Assembly (NCBI RefSeq): GCF_000018105.1
Contig: NC_009925.1
Location: forward strand, 1,470,001 to 1,502,000
Direction of reading: 5' to 3'
Source: Acaryochloris marina MBIC11017
Lineage (GTDB): Bacteria; Cyanobacteriota; Cyanobacteriia; Thermosynechococcales; Thermosynechococcaceae
DNA: 32,000 bases
Shown here: in pieces, positions 15,309 to 25,317 of the stretch
Numbering within the stretch: position 1 is the first letter of the stretch
How the letters are laid out: the number at the start of each line of letters is the position of its first letter
Translations under genes and position numbers: made by a program
The notes under the pieces: generated by a model
Told to the model about the DNA's origin: nothing
Database searches by the model: none
Seen by the model: the letters and a program-made list of their open reading frames with translations, nothing else

Positions 15309-18098
15309 ATGATTATTCCTGAAACTGAACCTCCTCACCTCCCTAGCTCTTCCCAACAACCGACGATAGAACCATTGAATGTAGAAGATAGTGACCTTAC
15401 CCCACCAACTGCGGCCCAACTCAAAATGCAATTACAACAAGCCATTTTGTTGGGAGATGTCACCAATGAAATTCGCCAAAGCCTGGATACAACTACTATT
15501 TTCCAAATCGCGGTTGACAAAGTTCAAACTTTACTACAAGTTGATCGAGTCGCTATCTTTCAGTTCGATTCAGCCACAGACTATAAACAGGGCGTTTTTG
15601 TCGCCGAGAAGGTTATTCCTATCTATTACTCTGCCGTGGCTGCACGGGTTCAAGATGATAGTTTTGGTGAAAATTATGCGACCAAATATCAATTGGGGCG
15701 GGTATTTGCAGTAGCCGATGTCTACGATGCTGGACTCAGTGACTGTCATATCCAGATTTATGAACGCTTTCAGGTCCGAGCAACATTAGTAGTCCCACTG
15801 CTTCAAGGAGAAAAATTATGGGGGCTGTTATGTATTCATCAATGCTCACGACCCCGGGCATGGAAATCTGCAGAAATTGAGTTCATCAAAAAGTTAGCCG
15901 ATCAGCTCAGTGTGGCCCTTAAACAAGCAGAGCTACATGAACAAGCTTTAGAAAAATCTCAGCAGCTACAAAGTGCTCTCAATCAAGTGAAAGCTCAAAA
16001 GGAGCGGGAGGCATGGCTCGCACAGTATGAGCGGAACTTCACCCAAATTATTCAAAATATTCACCAAAATCTAGATATTGAGGATATTTTTAAGGCTACG
16101 ACTCGGGATATTCGACAGTTTCTAAAATGCGATCGCGTTGCGGTCTACACCTATTGCCCTGAGGGGACTGGGGAGCTGCTTTTAGAATCCTCAGAGTCAC
16201 ACCTGTCCCCCCTATCCGGAAGTCAGGGGGCTAGTATCTGGCAAGACATTTACTTCAACGCCACTCAAGGGAGAGCCAGAGACTACATCCCCCTAGTGAC
16301 GGATATTGATCAGCAACACCACCCAGACGGACATTTAGTCTTACTAGAGCAATTCCAGATTCGTGCCTATCTACTCGTTCCCGTATTTATTGGTGACCGA
16401 TTTTGGGGATTGCTCGTCACATGCCAGCAAAATCCACACCAATGGGACGATATTGAACAGAGTCTGCTACGGCGAGTTAGAGACCAATTAGGCGTTGCCT
16501 TACAACATGCAGAACTCATGCATCAACTCCAACGGTCCAAGGAAAAGGCAGAAGCAGCAAACCGAGCCAAAAGTGCTTTTTTAGCCAATATGAGCCATGA
16601 ATTACGGACCCCTCTCAATGCCATCTTGGGATTTAGCCAGCTGCTCAATCGGGATAAAAATCTCACCCCAAAGCAAAAACAAACCCTTACTTCAATTAAT
16701 CGCAGTGGTTCTCATTTATTGAATCTCATTAACGATGTCTTGGAAATGTCCAAAATTGAGGCTGGTCGGGTTTCACTCAATTTCAAGAACTGTGACTTGA
16801 TGAGTTTATTGGATTCTATTCAAGAAATGTTTTTGCTCAAGGTGGAATCAAAGGGGCTGAAATTATTGGTTGATAAAGCCCTTGATTTACCACCCTACAT
16901 TCGAACCGATGAAAGTCGGCTTAGACAAGTCTTGATCAATGTATTGACGAATGCCCTCAAGTTCACTGAACAGGGTAGCGTGGCCCTTAAGGTGTATACC
17001 CAACCTCTAAGATCACCTAATTTAGTCCCCACCCATGACGATGGCAACGCTGTGACAGAAGAACACCAACCCAATATCTACCTCTGCATTGATGTGGAAG
17101 ATACGGGAGTAGGTATTTCTGCATCTGAAATGGGCAACCTGTTTGAAACCTTTACCCAAGCCTCAGCAGGGCGGAACTCTACAGAAGGAGCCGGGCTAGG
17201 CTTGGCCATCTGCCAGCATTGTATCGAGCTAATGGGCGGCAACATCCTGATTGATAGCAAGGAGGGACAAGGAACCACGGTCCAGATCAAGGTACCCGTT
17301 ATGGCGACCCAGACAAAGTCGGTGGATCACCTCGATGTTCCCATGGTGCAGACCCTAGCGCCCGGACACCCCCACATTCGCATGCTAGTCGTCGAAGACA
17401 ATCCAGAGAATGCTCAGATTGTCATTGATTTAATGACTTCTGTCGGGTTTGAAGTGCAGTCGGTGGTCAATGGACAACAAGCGGTTGCCTGCTGGCAAAC
17501 CTGGCAGCCCCACGTCATTTTGATGGATTGGCAGATGCCCGTTATGAATGGCTATGAAGCAACGCAAACCATTCGCACCTTAGAAAGCCAGGCCGGATCT
17601 ACTATCCATCTCCAGGGATCTCAAGATTCAAGTAACAGCCCATCGGTCCTCTTCCCCCTCAACAATACGATTATTATTGCCCTCACAGCTAGCGTTTTTG
17701 AAGATACAAAGCAAGAATGTTTTAAGGCAGGTTGTGATGATTTTTTGCGCAAGCCATACCAACAAAGTGTTCTTTTTGAGATGCTAGCTCAGCATCTCAA
17801 TCTCCAATATGTATATGATGAGTGTCCTCAAAATATCAATTTTTTACATTCATCGAGTCCTCAGAATATGCACCAAGGAGGTATTGAATACCAATTATCC
17901 CAACTTCCTAAACCGTGGTTAGCTAAACTGCACCAAGCGGCGATTGAACTCGATGAAGAGCAGATGAGTCAGCAGTTTGTAGAGATTACGTCTGACTACC
18001 CTTATTTATCCACTCATTTAACGAAATTATTCCAAAATCTGCAGTTTGACCACATCGTAAACCTTACTCAAGCAGCCCTTCAAATCAAAAAACGGTAA
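15309..18098 (+). CDS. Hybrid sensor histidine kinase: GAF (cyanobacteriochrome-like), GAF, HisKA, HATPase, REC, then a ~100-aa C-terminal helical extension
   Basis: The likely start is ATG 15309, with GGTGGAG 8 nt upstream; the ORF track's TTG 15207 is less likely. H-box [19 protein letters not shown]-box [13 protein letters not shown]1 VEDTGVGI, G2 [10 protein letters not shown]. The receiver domain has [12 protein letters not shown]...[12 protein letters not shown]...LTAS...RKP. Both GAF domains end in the LWGLL..HQC / FWGLLV.CQQ style motif. Confidence 0.9.
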   Translation: MIIPETEPPHLPSSSQQPTIEPLNVEDSDLTPPTAAQLKMQLQQAILLGDVTNEIRQSLDTTTIFQIAVDKVQTLLQVDRVAIFQFDSATDYKQGVFVAEKVIPIYYSAVAARVQDDSFGENYATKYQLGRVFAVADVYDAGLSDCHIQIYERFQVRATLVVPLLQGEKLWGLLCIHQCSRPRAWKSAEIEFIKKLADQLSVALKQAELHEQALEKSQQLQSALNQVKAQKEREAWLAQYERNFTQIIQNIHQNLDIEDIFKATTRDIRQFLKCDRVAVYTYCPEGTGELLLESSESHLSPLSGSQGASIWQDIYFNATQGRARDYIPLVTDIDQQHHPDGHLVLLEQFQIRAYLLVPVFIGDRFWGLLVTCQQNPHQWDDIEQSLLRRVRDQLGVALQHAELMHQLQRSKEKAEAANRAKSAFLANMSHELRTPLNAILGFSQLLNRDKNLTPKQKQTLTSINRSGSHLLNLINDVLEMSKIEAGRVSLNFKNCDLMSLLDSIQEMFLLKVESKGLKLLVDKALDLPPYIRTDESRLRQVLINVLTNALKFTEQGSVALKVYTQPLRSPNLVPTHDDGNAVTEEHQPNIYLCIDVEDTGVGISASEMGNLFETFTQASAGRNSTEGAGLGLAICQHCIELMGGNILIDSKEGQGTTVQIKVPVMATQTKSVDHLDVPMVQTLAPGHPHIRMLVVEDNPENAQIVIDLMTSVGFEVQSVVNGQQAVACWQTWQPHVILMDWQMPVMNGYEATQTIRTLESQAGSTIHLQGSQDSSNSPSVLFPLNNTIIIALTASVFEDTKQECFKAGCDDFLRKPYQQSVLFEMLAQHLNLQYVYDECPQNINFLHSSSPQNMHQGGIEYQLSQLPKPWLAKLHQAAIELDEEQMSQQFVEITSDYPYLSTHLTKLFQNLQFDHIVNLTQAALQIKKR

Positions 18099-18543
18099 TG
18101 TCATTCGACCATAATTCTATGCAGATCAAGCTAGAAACTCTCAAACATTTTTTGTTTTTATTTTTTCTTCATGGATTTTATTCTTTTATCTACTCAACAA
18201 AAGCCATTCCATGCATAAAATAGCCTTATCTAAAGTATTTTTAATTACATAAATACATACAAAACTCTATTTCAAAAACTCCCTTGTATCCGCAATTTTG
18301 AATCAAAGAACACGCCTCATTTCTTTTTTTAGCCTCTATCCTAGCCCCAGAGAGGAATACTCTCCACGAAAGAAATCCTAGTAAAGATACGGAGGAATAT
18401 CTACATAAACTTTTTTAAGATCAAGGCAGCATTAGCTAACCTTTGAAAGGATCGAAACTAGTTTGTCCCTTTAGCAGTGCAAGTATCCCTTTTATTGCCA
18501 ACAATATGGGAGACCCAAACTTAAATAGATTAAATCACGAACA

Positions 18544-20184
18544 ATGAAAAATAGCACTGCGAATATTTTGATTGTTGATGACAACGTGGACAACCTAAAT
18601 GTCTTAGCTGGAATGTTAGCAGAACAAAACTATAAGGTCAGACGAGCCATTAATGGATCAATTGCACTCAGAGCAATCAAAGCGTCGATTCCTGATCTAA
18701 TTTTGCTAGATATTGTGTTACCAGATATGACTGGATATGATATTTGCACCCAATTAAAACAGCATCCAAGCACCCAGGACATCCCGGTGATTTTCATTAG
18801 TTCCCTCAATGACACCGAGGACAAAGTGAAGGCCTTTGCGGTAGGCGGCGTGGATTATGTGTCTAAACCCTTCGAAATGGCTGAAGTTTGCGCTCGGATC
18901 CGCAATCAGCTAGAAATTCAGTTCGCAAAGGCAGAAATCGAATCCCTCAATGCCGAGTTGGAGCAGCGCGTTCAAGAACGAACCGCTGAACTAACTGCCG
19001 TTACTGTAACCCTAGAGAAACAGATCCAGGAACGCCAAAAAGCCGAACAGGCCTTGCGACACAGTGAAAGTCGCTTCCGGGCAATGATTGAAAATGCGTC
19101 TGATCTCATCCTTTTACTCGATCCACAAGGGATAGTTCATTACTCTAGCCCCTCTGTGGAAAGGAATTTGGGATATCTCCCCACCGATCTGCAGGGGCAG
19201 TCCTTAGTCCATTTACTCCATCCCCAGGATCAGTCTAGTATTACCCAATTATTAGCCGAGGTACTGGCAACGCCAAGCAAAGTTGCCGTTCCCCTAGAAA
19301 TTCGGTGGCAGCATCAAGCGGGACACTGGTGCACACTAGAAGCGATGGCCCAACAGTTTTCTGATACCACCGGATTTTCCGGCATTGTGGTCAATGCTAG
19401 AGATATTACCGAACGACAAAAAATGGAGGCGATGCAACGAGCCTTAGAACAGGAACAAGAGTTAAGTGAGCTGAAACTCCGCTTTTTCTCCATGGCATCC
19501 CATGAGTTTCGGACGCCCCTAAGTGTCATTCTGATGGCAGCTCAGATTCTTGGAAGCTCGGAGTCCCAGAGCCTAGACAACAAACAACAGCGGAATATTG
19601 AGCGTATCCATACGAGCGCGCAATATTTGAAAAAGATGCTAGCAGATATCTTAGATATTGCTCGGTTAGAAGCACAAAAAAGGGAGTTCAATCCGCGACC
19701 TGTTTGCGTGAAAACGATGTGCGATCGCATCCTGGATACTCAGCAAACCTCCCATGGGGGAATTCCCAGAATTCGCTGTGCCTATACGGGGTTATCTGCG
19801 GAAATAGCCCTAGATCCGGATCTGTTCCAGTCTATTCTGAACAATCTGCTTGCCAATGCCCTTAAGTATTCAGCCCCAGAACAGTTGGTGCAGGTCAAAT
19901 TAACGCAAGAGTTAGACCAAATTGAATTAATGATCATCGATCAAGGCATTGGGATTCCCAAGGCTAGTCAATCCCAATTATTTGAAGCCTTTCATCGGGG
20001 GGATAATGTGGGTGAGATCGAAGGATCAGGTTTGGGATTGGCCATCGTCAAAAAATGTGTTGATCTCCATGGTGGCCATCTGTCATTTGTGAGTGAGGCT
20101 TCTGGTACCACCTTTACGGTACGATTGCCGATCCAGACCAATCGACACCAGGCTGATCCACTCATTAGACAGACCGTAGCTTAG
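18544..20184 (+). CDS. Response-regulator-fused histidine kinase: REC, coiled coil, PAS, HisKA, HATPase
   Basis: The receiver domain has ILIVDDNVDNL...LLDIVLPDMTGYD...FISS...SKPF. The PAS-like segment is SESRFRAMIENASDLILLLDPQG. H-box FFSMASHEFRTPLS, N-box LNNLLANALKYS, G1 IDQGIGIP, G2 GSGLGLAIVK. Confidence 0.9.
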   Translation: MKNSTANILIVDDNVDNLNVLAGMLAEQNYKVRRAINGSIALRAIKASIPDLILLDIVLPDMTGYDICTQLKQHPSTQDIPVIFISSLNDTEDKVKAFAVGGVDYVSKPFEMAEVCARIRNQLEIQFAKAEIESLNAELEQRVQERTAELTAVTVTLEKQIQERQKAEQALRHSESRFRAMIENASDLILLLDPQGIVHYSSPSVERNLGYLPTDLQGQSLVHLLHPQDQSSITQLLAEVLATPSKVAVPLEIRWQHQAGHWCTLEAMAQQFSDTTGFSGIVVNARDITERQKMEAMQRALEQEQELSELKLRFFSMASHEFRTPLSVILMAAQILGSSESQSLDNKQQRNIERIHTSAQYLKKMLADILDIARLEAQKREFNPRPVCVKTMCDRILDTQQTSHGGIPRIRCAYTGLSAEIALDPDLFQSILNNLLANALKYSAPEQLVQVKLTQELDQIELMIIDQGIGIPKASQSQLFEAFHRGDNVGEIEGSGLGLAIVKKCVDLHGGHLSFVSEASGTTFTVRLPIQTNRHQADPLIRQTVA

Positions 20185-20204
20185 GCAGTAATGGTAGGGG
20201 GGAC

Positions 20205-20882
20205 ATGAGACTTTTACTGGTAGAAGATGACTACCCACTGGCAGCCGTTTTTGCGGAAGCCCTGGAAGATTCTGGCTATATCGTCGATGTCGTCCATGAT
20301 GGAGAAGCCGGTTGGTATCAAGCAACGGAATCAGAATATGGCATTATTCTGCTAGATTGCATGCTGCCAAAGCTTGATGGTTTGGGGCTATGCCAGCGAT
20401 TACGTGCCCATGGCTACACCATTCCCATCTTGATGATGACGGCCCGAGATGCCAGTACAGATAAAGTTCTGGGTTTAGATGCAGGGGCTGACGACTATCT
20501 GGTTAAGCCCGTCGATTTACCAGAGTTGTTAGCTCGGATACGTGCCGTCCTCAGGCGAGGCACAGCAACCCCTTCCCCCTTGTTATATTGGGGCGATCTC
20601 TGTCTCCATCCCTTAAACCACGAAGTGACCTATGCCAGTCACCCCGTTAAGTTAACCCCCACTGAATTTTCACTCCTAGAACTGTTCCTGCGCAGTGGAT
20701 TACGGGTACTTAGCCGCAAAATTATTATTAGCCATCTTTGGGATTTAGAAGATCCGCCTGGGGAAGAAACCGTTAAAGCCCACATCAAAGGGTTGCGGCA
20801 AAAACTGACAGAAGCCGGCGCACCTAAGACGTTCATCGAAACAATTCGGGGGGTTGGCTACCGGATGCAGCCGATTCCGTAA
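20205..20882 (+). CDS. OmpR/PhoB-family response regulator
   Basis: 225 aa, starting 20 nt after the preceding kinase. The receiver domain has MRLLLVEDDYPLA...ILLDCMLPKLDG...MMTARD...LVKP. The winged helix has LTPTEFSLLELFLRS...IRGVGYRM. Confidence 0.92.
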   Translation: MRLLLVEDDYPLAAVFAEALEDSGYIVDVVHDGEAGWYQATESEYGIILLDCMLPKLDGLGLCQRLRAHGYTIPILMMTARDASTDKVLGLDAGADDYLVKPVDLPELLARIRAVLRRGTATPSPLLYWGDLCLHPLNHEVTYASHPVKLTPTEFSLLELFLRSGLRVLSRKIIISHLWDLEDPPGEETVKAHIKGLRQKLTEAGAPKTFIETIRGVGYRMQPIP

Positions 20883-21011
20883 ATCTTCCCGCTTTCTTCC
20901 CGCTTTCTCCCTTTTCTCTTTACTCTCTCCAAATATATTGAGACTAGGTCACACCAAAGTGGCTTTTCGTTTCACCACGCACAGAAATCTGCTGGCCTTA
21001 TAGGGGGAATT

Positions 21012-21689
21012 ATGACATCAACTACTTTTCAAGTATCGGACTCAACGAATGTCTCGATTGCACAACCGGATTTATATGTATCACTTTTAAATAAAAGTTT
21101 CCTATTTTCCTCAGCTGGAACCCAGGAAGATTATGCCCATCAATTATTAGAGCTTAATGGCCTTGCTTGTCAGCTCAATCAGCTGCTCCAGCAAGCTCCC
21201 GAGCATCATTGTGCTCAAAGTGCCGTGGGAGTCGTTATTCCCAGTGGCTTAACGGCCAAAGAAGCCTATCAATTGGGTAAAGAACTCGGCCAACAGGAAT
21301 ATCAACATTTTGTCGCCTTAGCCTCTACACCCCAGCGATACCTGTTACCCGAGCAATTACTCGTGCTGATTGACTGGTGGTCCCAATCTTACTTATCCCA
21401 TTATGGTCAATTACTGATTGACGCAACCCGCTCATCCGATACCTATATTTATTTAGAGGTGTTGAGCACCTCCCATATCAGCCTCAAGCAGGACGAGCAT
21501 CATCCCGATTGCGCCTTCTATGGGGGGCTAATTGCAGGCTTCTTTAGTGGCTTAGTGGACCGTGATTTTGAGGTCATTGAGCCAGATTGGTGGCAAGCAA
21601 AAGGCAAACGCTGTCATTTTCTAATGGCCCCTCAATCAGAGCTGGATGCCCAATTCTTTTGGCAAACCGTTGATACATTATCAGCCTAG
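21012..21689 (+). CDS. Hypothetical protein with a V4R-like (4-vinyl-reductase type small-molecule-binding) C-terminal domain
   Basis: 225 aa. The C-terminus CAFYGGLIAGFFSGLVDRDFEVIEPDWWQAKGKRCHFLMAP resembles the V4R pattern C-x-(F/Y)-x-x-G...E...C...G...C-x-F as I remember it. I do not recognise the N-terminal half. Confidence 0.5.
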   Translation: MTSTTFQVSDSTNVSIAQPDLYVSLLNKSFLFSSAGTQEDYAHQLLELNGLACQLNQLLQQAPEHHCAQSAVGVVIPSGLTAKEAYQLGKELGQQEYQHFVALASTPQRYLLPEQLLVLIDWWSQSYLSHYGQLLIDATRSSDTYIYLEVLSTSHISLKQDEHHPDCAFYGGLIAGFFSGLVDRDFEVIEPDWWQAKGKRCHFLMAPQSELDAQFFWQTVDTLSA

Positions 21690-21711
21690 GGTTGCGGAAA
21701 GGAGGATGACC

Positions 21712-22080
21712 ATGATGACAACCTATTCTAAACCCGCTACGCCAGAGCGCATCAGCAATGAAGTCACCACCACAACCTGTTATTACATTCGCAAGCTGCT
21801 CGCGACCTATTCAGGTGAACTACAGTCTTTTATTGCTGAAGGAGCAGGCCTGATTGCCGATGCGAAATCCGATCTCAATCATGTTTTGGAAAGCTTATAT
21901 TTAGACGAACCTGACATCAGCGTGATGGCTCGGGAGCTGGAGGTTTTGGCCCAACTACATCGGAGTTTAAGTGGCCAGGTTAAAGATAGTATCAGTATCC
22001 CAGGGCAACTAGCAGAAGTAGAACGGCGGATTTTCTGGATTCTAGGTCTCAAGAGAATCGATCCTTCTGGGAAGGGTTAA
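21712..22080 (+). CDS. Hypothetical protein (~122 aa)
   Basis: AAAGGAGG at 21698-21705 is followed by ATG codons at 21706, 21712 and 21715. The ORF overlaps or abuts the stop of the V4R-like gene, which suggests co-translation. I recognise no family. Confidence 0.5.
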   Translation: MMTTYSKPATPERISNEVTTTTCYYIRKLLATYSGELQSFIAEGAGLIADAKSDLNHVLESLYLDEPDISVMARELEVLAQLHRSLSGQVKDSISIPGQLAEVERRIFWILGLKRIDPSGKG

Positions 22081-22096
22081 GCCATCCCTTGACAGC

Positions 22097-23539
22097 TTAA
22101 ATTCTCGTCAATATAAATCGAGCGACTGCAAAGTAGATAAACACCCCTAACACATCGACTGCAGTGGTAATAAACGGTGCTGACATCAGTGCCGGGTCAA
22201 ACCCAATCGCCCTAAACACAAAGGGAAGGGCTGATCCGGCCACAGAAGCCAAAATGGAGATAGCGATTAAACTGATACCAACTGCGATCGCAACCGCTAA
22301 ACTGCCCTGGAGAAAATACGCCCAAATCACCACAATCACCCCCAGCATCACGCCCAATATGGCACCAGCAAAAGCTTCTCGCTGAATCACCCATAAGGGA
22401 TGATTGGCCTGGGGCTGATCGACATTTAGACTGCGAATAACCACCGTTGAGGACTGGGCACCGACATTACCTCCCGTCCCAATTAATAGTGGAATAAAAC
22501 TAGACAAAGCCACAACCTTCTTGAGCATATCTTCCTGGCTATGAATCACGGCGGTTGTACCCGTATTGGTCAACAGCAAGACCAACAGCCACACCACCCT
22601 TCTACGGGCAACCGTGAGTAAATTCGTCTGAAAATAGTCATCTCCTCCGGATTGCACCCCGCCCATGCGGTAGATATCTTCGGTGGTTTCTTCCTCGAAA
22701 ATATCGATTACATCATCAACGGTGACAATACCCACTAGGCGTTCTTCTCGATCCACGACCGGCATTGCCAGAAAATCGTACCGTTGAATCGTCCGAGCCA
22801 CCTCTTCCTGGTCCGTATCCGTACTGACAGACACCACATCTCGGGTCATAATTTCGCCAATGGTCTGCTCTGGCTGGGCCGTCACCAAATCTCGCAAGGA
22901 GATAATACCTGTCAAGTGGCGGGCAATATCGACCACATACAGGTAATAAACCGTTTCGGTGAAACGCGCCAAACTCCGAATTCGTTCCAATGCCTGAAAG
23001 ACATTTAAGTTCTCTTTTAAGGACACATATTCCGGCGTCATAATCCGCCCCGCCGTGCCTGCCTCGTATCCCAACAACAAGGCAGTGGCCTGCCGCTCAA
23101 TCAGGCTAAGCTGTCCCAGTAGGCGGCTCACGACCTTCGCCGGCAGTTCATCAAACAAGCGAGCCCGATCATCCGGGGACATCTTATCGACAATATCTAA
23201 GACCTCTTGCCGTTTAAACTCTTCAATTAAAGATTGCTGAACATTGGAATTCAAATTCTCATAGACTTCAATCGCTTCATCTTTGGATAACAAGCGAAAG
23301 GCAATAGCCTGCTTAGCCTCCGGGAGTTCTTCAATCGCTTCCGCAATATCTGCCGGCTGCACCGGAACCAGCAAGGCTTTTGCACCTTGTAAATTCCCCT
23401 GCTCTAACAGCATCAGCAGTTGAGATCGCACCAGCTCCCGCAATTCCTTGCGGGAAATTACTTGTAATCTGGAATCAGCATTTTCAGTCAAGCCAGATCC
23501 TCTTAGATATACGCCTTGTAGTGCTGGCAATCCAATCAT
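22097..23539 (-). CDS. mgtE: Magnesium transporter MgtE
   Basis: 480 aa with an ATG start. It has the MgtE N-domain (DIAEAIEELP...FRLL.KDEAIEVYENL), tandem CBS domains and the C-terminal TM domain with PLLIGTGGNVGAQSS and APFITTAVDVLGVFIYF. Confidence 0.92.
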   Translation of the reverse strand: MIGLPALQGVYLRGSGLTENADSRLQVISRKELRELVRSQLLMLLEQGNLQGAKALLVPVQPADIAEAIEELPEAKQAIAFRLLSKDEAIEVYENLNSNVQQSLIEEFKRQEVLDIVDKMSPDDRARLFDELPAKVVSRLLGQLSLIERQATALLLGYEAGTAGRIMTPEYVSLKENLNVFQALERIRSLARFTETVYYLYVVDIARHLTGIISLRDLVTAQPEQTIGEIMTRDVVSVSTDTDQEEVARTIQRYDFLAMPVVDREERLVGIVTVDDVIDIFEEETTEDIYRMGGVQSGGDDYFQTNLLTVARRRVVWLLVLLLTNTGTTAVIHSQEDMLKKVVALSSFIPLLIGTGGNVGAQSSTVVIRSLNVDQPQANHPLWVIQREAFAGAILGVMLGVIVVIWAYFLQGSLAVAIAVGISLIAISILASVAGSALPFVFRAIGFDPALMSAPFITTAVDVLGVFIYFAVARFILTRI

Positions 23540-23819
23540 TAGGCAGCCACGGCGAAAGTGACCCCCTACTTCACAGGTTCTAAAATATAGGTCTACTCAA
23601 ACACTGCCAGCCCTTAGTTTACGCTATTGTGAGAGCGACTGTGGGAAATGCTGATGCGGGAGTCACTACCGCGATCCTTTCTTCACTTTTACAGGCCCAC
23701 TCAGACTTAAATCGTTATCTGCAGGTGATAGATAAAGACTGCAATCTGTCTCCCGCTGCGCAACTCATCCAAAGTTATGTTAGGGTGGGTTCCTATGTTA
23801 GAATACATGGGCCTCAGAG

Positions 23820-23891
23820 GGGTCGCTAACTCAACGGTAGAGTACTCGGCTTTTAACCGATTAGTTCCGGGTTCGAATCCCGGGCGACCCA
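23820..23891 (+). tRNA. tRNA-Lys (anticodon UUU)
   Basis: GGGTCGC/GCGACCC forms the acceptor stem. The D-arm is ACTC-AACGGTA-GAGT. The anticodon loop is CTTTTAA. The T-arm is CCGGGTTCGAATCCCGG. A T7 run follows. Confidence 0.9.
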
Positions 23892-24031
23892 TTTTTTTGG
23901 ATTCAACACCCCATACTTGAGATTAAGCTACCGGAGAACCCGCTAGACAGGGTAGGATATCTAAAGATTAGCGTAAGAATTCGGCGCAGTTTTCGCTTTT
24001 TATCGACGACAAACATTTAGGAGGATCAACT

Positions 24032-25111
24032 ATGGCGCTTGTACCAATGCGGCTTTTGCTCGATCATGCCGCCGAAAACGGCTACGGCATTCCGGCATAC
24101 AACGTGAACAATATGGAGCAAATCATCTCCATTATGCAAGCTGCAGATGAGGCAGATAGCCCCGTCATTTTGCAAGCTTCTCGTGGTGCCCGTAGCTATG
24201 CGGGTGAGCATTTTCTCCGCCACCTAATTACAGCTGCGGTTGAGTCCTACCCTCATATCCCCATCGCGATGCACCAAGACCATGGCAATAGCCCTTCCAC
24301 ATGCTATTCCGCCATGAAGAATGGGTTTACCAGCGTCATGATGGATGGTTCCTTGGAAGCAGATGCTAAGACCCCTGCAAGCTTTGAGTACAACGTTGAT
24401 GTGACTCGTAAAGTTGTACAAGTCGCTCATGCCATTGGCGTCAGCGTTGAAGGTGAGCTAGGTTGCTTAGGTTCCTTGGAAACGGGTCAAGGTGACAAGG
24501 AAGATGGTCATGGTTTTGAAGGGACCCTCAGCCGCGACCAGCTCCTGACTGACCCTGACGAAGCTGTTGAGTTTGTTGAGCAGACTCAAGTGGATGCCCT
24601 AGCCGTTGCCATTGGCACTAGCCACGGTGCTTATAAGTTTTCTCGTAAGCCCACTGGTGAGATTCTAGCCATTAGCCGCATTGAAGAGATTCATAGCCGC
24701 TTACCCAACACTCACTTGGTCATGCACGGGTCCTCTTCTGTACCCCAAGAGTGGATCGACATGATCAACGCTCATGGCGGCAAAATTCCTGAAACCTATG
24801 GTGTTCCTGTAGAGGAAATCCAAAAGGGAATCAAGAGCGGTGTTCGCAAGGTCAATATTGATACTGACAATCGTTTAGCGATTACAGCCGCTATTCGGGA
24901 AGCAGCATCTAAAGATCCTAGCAACTTTGACCCCCGTCATTTCTTGAAGCCTTCTATCAAGTACATGAAGCAAGTTTGCCTAGCTCGTTATGAGTCTTTT
25001 GGCACTTCTGGAAATGCCAGCAAGATTAAGCAACAGCCCCTAGACATTTTTGCCATTAAATATGCCAAGGGTGAGTTGGATGCAACGACTAAGAAAACCG
25101 TAACTGCCTAA
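24032..25111 (+). CDS. fba: Fructose-1,6-bisphosphate aldolase, class II (Calvin-cycle type)
   Basis: 359 aa preceded by AGGAGG. It contains [30 protein letters not shown]...[11 protein letters not shown]...HQDHGNS...SVMMDGS...GELGCLG...HGAYKF...LVMHGSS. Confidence 0.95.
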   Translation: MALVPMRLLLDHAAENGYGIPAYNVNNMEQIISIMQAADEADSPVILQASRGARSYAGEHFLRHLITAAVESYPHIPIAMHQDHGNSPSTCYSAMKNGFTSVMMDGSLEADAKTPASFEYNVDVTRKVVQVAHAIGVSVEGELGCLGSLETGQGDKEDGHGFEGTLSRDQLLTDPDEAVEFVEQTQVDALAVAIGTSHGAYKFSRKPTGEILAISRIEEIHSRLPNTHLVMHGSSSVPQEWIDMINAHGGKIPETYGVPVEEIQKGIKSGVRKVNIDTDNRLAITAAIREAASKDPSNFDPRHFLKPSIKYMKQVCLARYESFGTSGNASKIKQQPLDIFAIKYAKGELDATTKKTVTA

Positions 25112-25122
25112 ATCAGTAGTGC

Positions 25123-25156
25123 AAATTTAGGTGGTGCGATCACACCACCTAAATTT
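25123..25156 (+). terminator. fba terminator hairpin
   Basis: aaatttaggtggtg / caccacctaaattt forms a 14-bp stem with a 6-nt loop, 12 nt after the fba stop. Confidence 0.6.
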
Positions 25157-25250
25157 GTCGTTAACGGCATTCCCACTCTCAGCATTGCTAGTCTGCTTAA
25201 GGGGAAATGTTTTAGGTAGAAGTGAAGACTGACTTAATCCAATTCCAAAG

Positions 25251-25294
25251 AACAACGAAAAGGCCATGAATATATTCATGGCCTTTTCGTTGTT
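25251..25294 (-). terminator. Terminator hairpin downstream of the M23 peptidase gene
   Basis: AACAACGAAAAGGCCATGAATA / TATTCATGGCCTTTTCGTTGTT is a near-perfect 22-bp palindrome, 24 nt beyond the minus-strand stop at 25318. Confidence 0.65.
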
Positions 25295-25317
25295 CTTTGA
25301 GTATTCTATGAATGCCT

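Noticed and set aside
23531-23541. A third copy of TCCAATCATTA (the IS1 target-duplication sequence) at the mgtE start codon.
   Set aside because: No IS end is adjacent. A single 9-11-mer recurrence in 32 kb is compatible with chance and with an AT-rich target preference.
23540-23720. Possible M-box (ykoK) Mg riboswitch upstream of mgtE on the minus strand.
   Set aside because: I could find only short generic hairpins and none of the conserved M-box blocks I remember. A covariance-model scan (Rfam RF00380) would settle it.
23629-23892. ORFs 23629-23829 (plus) and 23707-23892 (minus).
   Set aside because: Both overlap tRNA-Lys(UUU) and its upstream region. They have no start context or recognisable motifs.
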